Shown piece by piece: positions 61,731 through 64,000 of a DNA stretch of 64,000 nucleotides. Source of the stretch: an uncultured Chloroflexia bacterium (GTDB lineage: Bacteria; Chloroflexota; Limnocylindria; Limnocylindrales; CSP1-4); NCBI GenBank assembly GCA_963763775.1, contig CAVXPZ010000003.1, forward strand, positions 160,001 through 224,000, written 5' to 3'. Below the pieces are notes generated by a model, which worked only from the letters and a program-made list of their open reading frames with translations, searched no databases and was not told the DNA's origin. Made by a program: the position numbers and the translations under genes. Each line of letters starts with the position of its first letter. Positions within the stretch are counted from its first letter, which is position 1.

Positions 61731-63201
61731 CTAGCGGTCGCCCGTCGTCGGTTTGCGCGGCGCCCGCTCCAGCTGGCCAGCCCGGTCCGGCCACTCGTAG
61801 CCGGCCCACGGGTCGTAGTCGACCTCGAGCGGCTCCTGCGGCGGCCGTTCCGCCTCAGGAACGTGGATGAGGTTGACCCGCACCCGGTACCAGAGTGACG
61901 ACCGCCCGCGCATCCCGTCGACGAGGATGTCGGCCGGCTCGAGGGCCGCGGCAGCGGCCGGGTGCTTCGACCTTCCAGCGTTCGAGCCCCTCCATCGCCT
62001 CGGCCTTCTTCGCCGCCCGGGCGATCTCGATGACCGGGATCGAGCTCTTGCGGCGCCCCGTCGGCGTCGGCTTCGACCCGGCCCATTCGGTCGGGAGACC
62101 GGCGTTCGGGTCGCCGGCGGCCACGGCCGCGGCGCGCTCGGCCGCAACCTCCGGCGGCGGCCCGCCCGCCTCGCCACGGCCGGGCTCGTACTCGGTCGGC
62201 TTCCGGCGCGCCTTCGAGGGCTGGACACGCGGCGGCTCGCCGGCCTGCTTGGCATAGTTCGGTGGCCACGGTGCGTCGCCCTGACCCTCGGCCTCGTGCT
62301 GGCGCGACAGCTCGAGGAGGGCATCCAGCGACCCGACCGCCTCGTCGATCCCGGCGCCCGGGTCGCCGATCGCCGCATACCGGGCCGGCACGGTCGCCAG
62401 CGTGAACGCCTCCGCCTCGACGGTCGGCACCTCGTCCCAGGAGAGCGGCGTGGAGACGCGCGCGTCCGGCAGCGGCCGGACCGAGTAGGCCGATGCAACC
62501 GTGCGGTCCTTCGCGTTCTGGTTGTAGTCGAGGAAGACGCCGTGGCGCTCCTCCTTCCACCACTTGCTCGTGGCGGCATGCGGGACGCGCCGCTCGACGT
62601 CGCGGGCGAGCGCGAGCGCCGCCCGCCGGACCTCCGGGTACGTCCAGCGTCGCTCGATGCGGACGTTGATGTGGATCCCGCGCGAGCCCGAGGTCTTCGG
62701 CCACCCGACCAGCCCGACGGCATCGAGGGCCTCGCGGCACGCCAGCGCGACCTCGCGGATCTGCGGCCACTCGACGCCCGGGACCGGGTCGAGGTCCACC
62801 CGGAGCTCGTCGGGATGGTCCATGTCGTCGGCTCGCACCGGGTGCGGGTTGAGGTCGATGCAGCCGAGGTTGGCCACCCAGGCCAGACCGGCGACCTCGT
62901 CGAGGACGATCTCGTCGGCCGTGCGACCCGATGGGAACGTCAGCTCCGCGGTGCGGATCCAGTCCGGTCGGTTGTCCGGGGCCCGCTTCTGGAAGAACGC
63001 CTCACCGGCGGCGCCGTCCACGAAGCGCTTGAGCGCCATCGGCCGTCCCGCCACGCCCCGCAGCGCCCCGTCGCCGACCGCGAGGTAGTACTGGACGAGG
63101 TCGAGCTTCGTGTAGCCGGTCTCGGGGAAGTAGACCTTCGACGGGTTCGAGATCGACACCTCTCGGTCGCCGATCCTGAGGATCTCCTTCGGGGTCGCCA
63201 T
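61731..63201 (-). CDS. LigD-polymerase-like primase-polymerase (Prim-PolC type) with C-terminal extension, frameshift near 61970
   Basis: SNPSKVYFP, TKLDLVQYY, FFQKR, RVDLDP, KTSGSRGIH, FLDYNQN, AYSVR, STPLSWDE. Confidence 0.88.
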
Positions 63202-63264
63202 GCGCCGAACGATACGACGACGGCGCGCCGGCGGGCGCGGGGAGTAGATTCGACTCGGGAGCCA

Positions 63265-63290
63265 TGTCGATTCGACGGCGGCCGTTCGTC
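63265..63290 (+). promoter_or_regulatory. ECF42-type promoter TGTCGA-N16-CGTC
   Basis: TGTCGA at 63265 and CGTC at 63287, upstream of the YciI/DGPF gene and ECF gene, as described for ECF42 loci. Confidence 0.65.
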
Positions 63291-63340
63291 GTCCTCTTGA
63301 CGGCCCGACCGTGGCCGGCGACGCCCGAGGAGGACCCGCG

Positions 63341-63730
63341 ATGCGATACGCCCTGCTGATCTACACCGCCGAGCCGACCGGTCCGGTCCCGGAGGACCTG
63401 ATCGCGGCCGAGACCGCTGCCTATGCCGCGTTCAGCTCGCACCTCCGGGAGCGCGGCATCTGGCAGGCGGGCGACGCGCTGCTGCCGACCGATACCGCGA
63501 CGACAGTGCGGGTCGTGGACGGCCGGGTCGTGGCCACGGACGGACCGTTCGCCGAGACGAAGGAAGCGCTCGGCGGTTTCTACGTCGTGGATGCGACCGA
63601 CCTGGACGATGCCATCGCGCTCGCCGCGCGGATCCCGGGCGCCAGCCACGGCTGCATCGAGGTCCGGCCGATCTGGGAGATCGCGAACATGGGGGTCGCG
63701 GACACAACCGAGGCCGTCGCGGCGAACTGA
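63341..63730 (+). CDS. YciI/DGPF-family protein
   Basis: MRYALLIY, TDGPFAETKEALGGFY, IEVRP. GAGGAGG RBS. Confidence 0.92.
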   Translation: MRYALLIYTAEPTGPVPEDLIAAETAAYAAFSSHLRERGIWQAGDALLPTDTATTVRVVDGRVVATDGPFAETKEALGGFYVVDATDLDDAIALAARIPGASHGCIEVRPIWEIANMGVADTTEAVAAN

Positions 63731-63751
63731 GCCGGTCCGCCGACCCGACGC

Positions 63752-64000
63752 TTGACTGACGCCGGCGCCACGCGCGACACCGTCGACCGGCTCTTCCGTG
63801 AGGAATCCGGGCGGGCGGTGGCGACCCTGATCCGCGTCCTCGGCGACTTCGACCTCGCCGAGGAGGTCGTCCAGGAGGCCTTCGTCACGGCCCTGGAGAC
63901 GTGGCCGACCCGGGGCATCCCGGACAACCCGGGGGCGTGGATCACGACCACCGCCCGGAATCGGGCGATCGACCGGCTCCGCCGGCAGCGTCGGTTCTCG
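63752..64000 (+). CDS. ECF sigma factor (ECF42-like), truncated by the window edge
   Basis: VDRLFREESGRAVATLIRVLGDFDLAEEVVQEAF...WP..GIPDNPGAWITTTARNRAID. Confidence 0.88.
   Translation, partial: MTDAGATRDTVDRLFREESGRAVATLIRVLGDFDLAEEVVQEAFVTALETWPTRGIPDNPGAWITTTARNRAIDRLRRQRRFS

Overview
High-GC bacterial chromosomal segment. Gene content and style suggest a monoderm, possibly Chloroflexota (Limnocylindria-like); the taxonomy is an inference. It holds about 65 CDS and one tRNA-Glu(TTC). No rRNA, CRISPR array, integrase, transposase or reverse transcriptase was seen. Housekeeping and metabolic blocks: galE, a glucosylglycerate-type operon (GT2, USP-GpgS, GNAT, glycerate kinase, nth), tdh-kbl, a GH13 amylase with a LacI-type operator, galU-pknB, folC-folP-folB, htrA with a two-component system, rplY, ligC with PrimPol-C, and three ECF sigma modules. 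The main accessory feature is 11.9-26.7 kb: three operons carrying nine Tad/type IVc minor-pilin-like genes, with no major pilin or assembly ATPase in the window. Two operons form a ~3.7-kb tandem pair with near-identical 5' ends, conserved 3' ends and divergent middles. The first copy is GC-poorer and is followed by an orphan 63-bp 3' end of a third allele. All three operons share a (C/A)AAGGT-N6-CAAGGT-N10-TACT upstream motif. Together this suggests swappable pilus-tip cassettes under common control. Other signals: an ATP-dependent ligase paralogue lacking the catalytic Lys, a 220-bp hairpin insert that rebuilds the glycerate kinase start, a two-copy palindromic intergenic element, a BldC-like HTH gene with upstream direct repeats, and pervasive leaderless promoters. 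About a dozen small frameshifts are probably long-read assembly errors. All calls are from reading the sequence; no searches were run.
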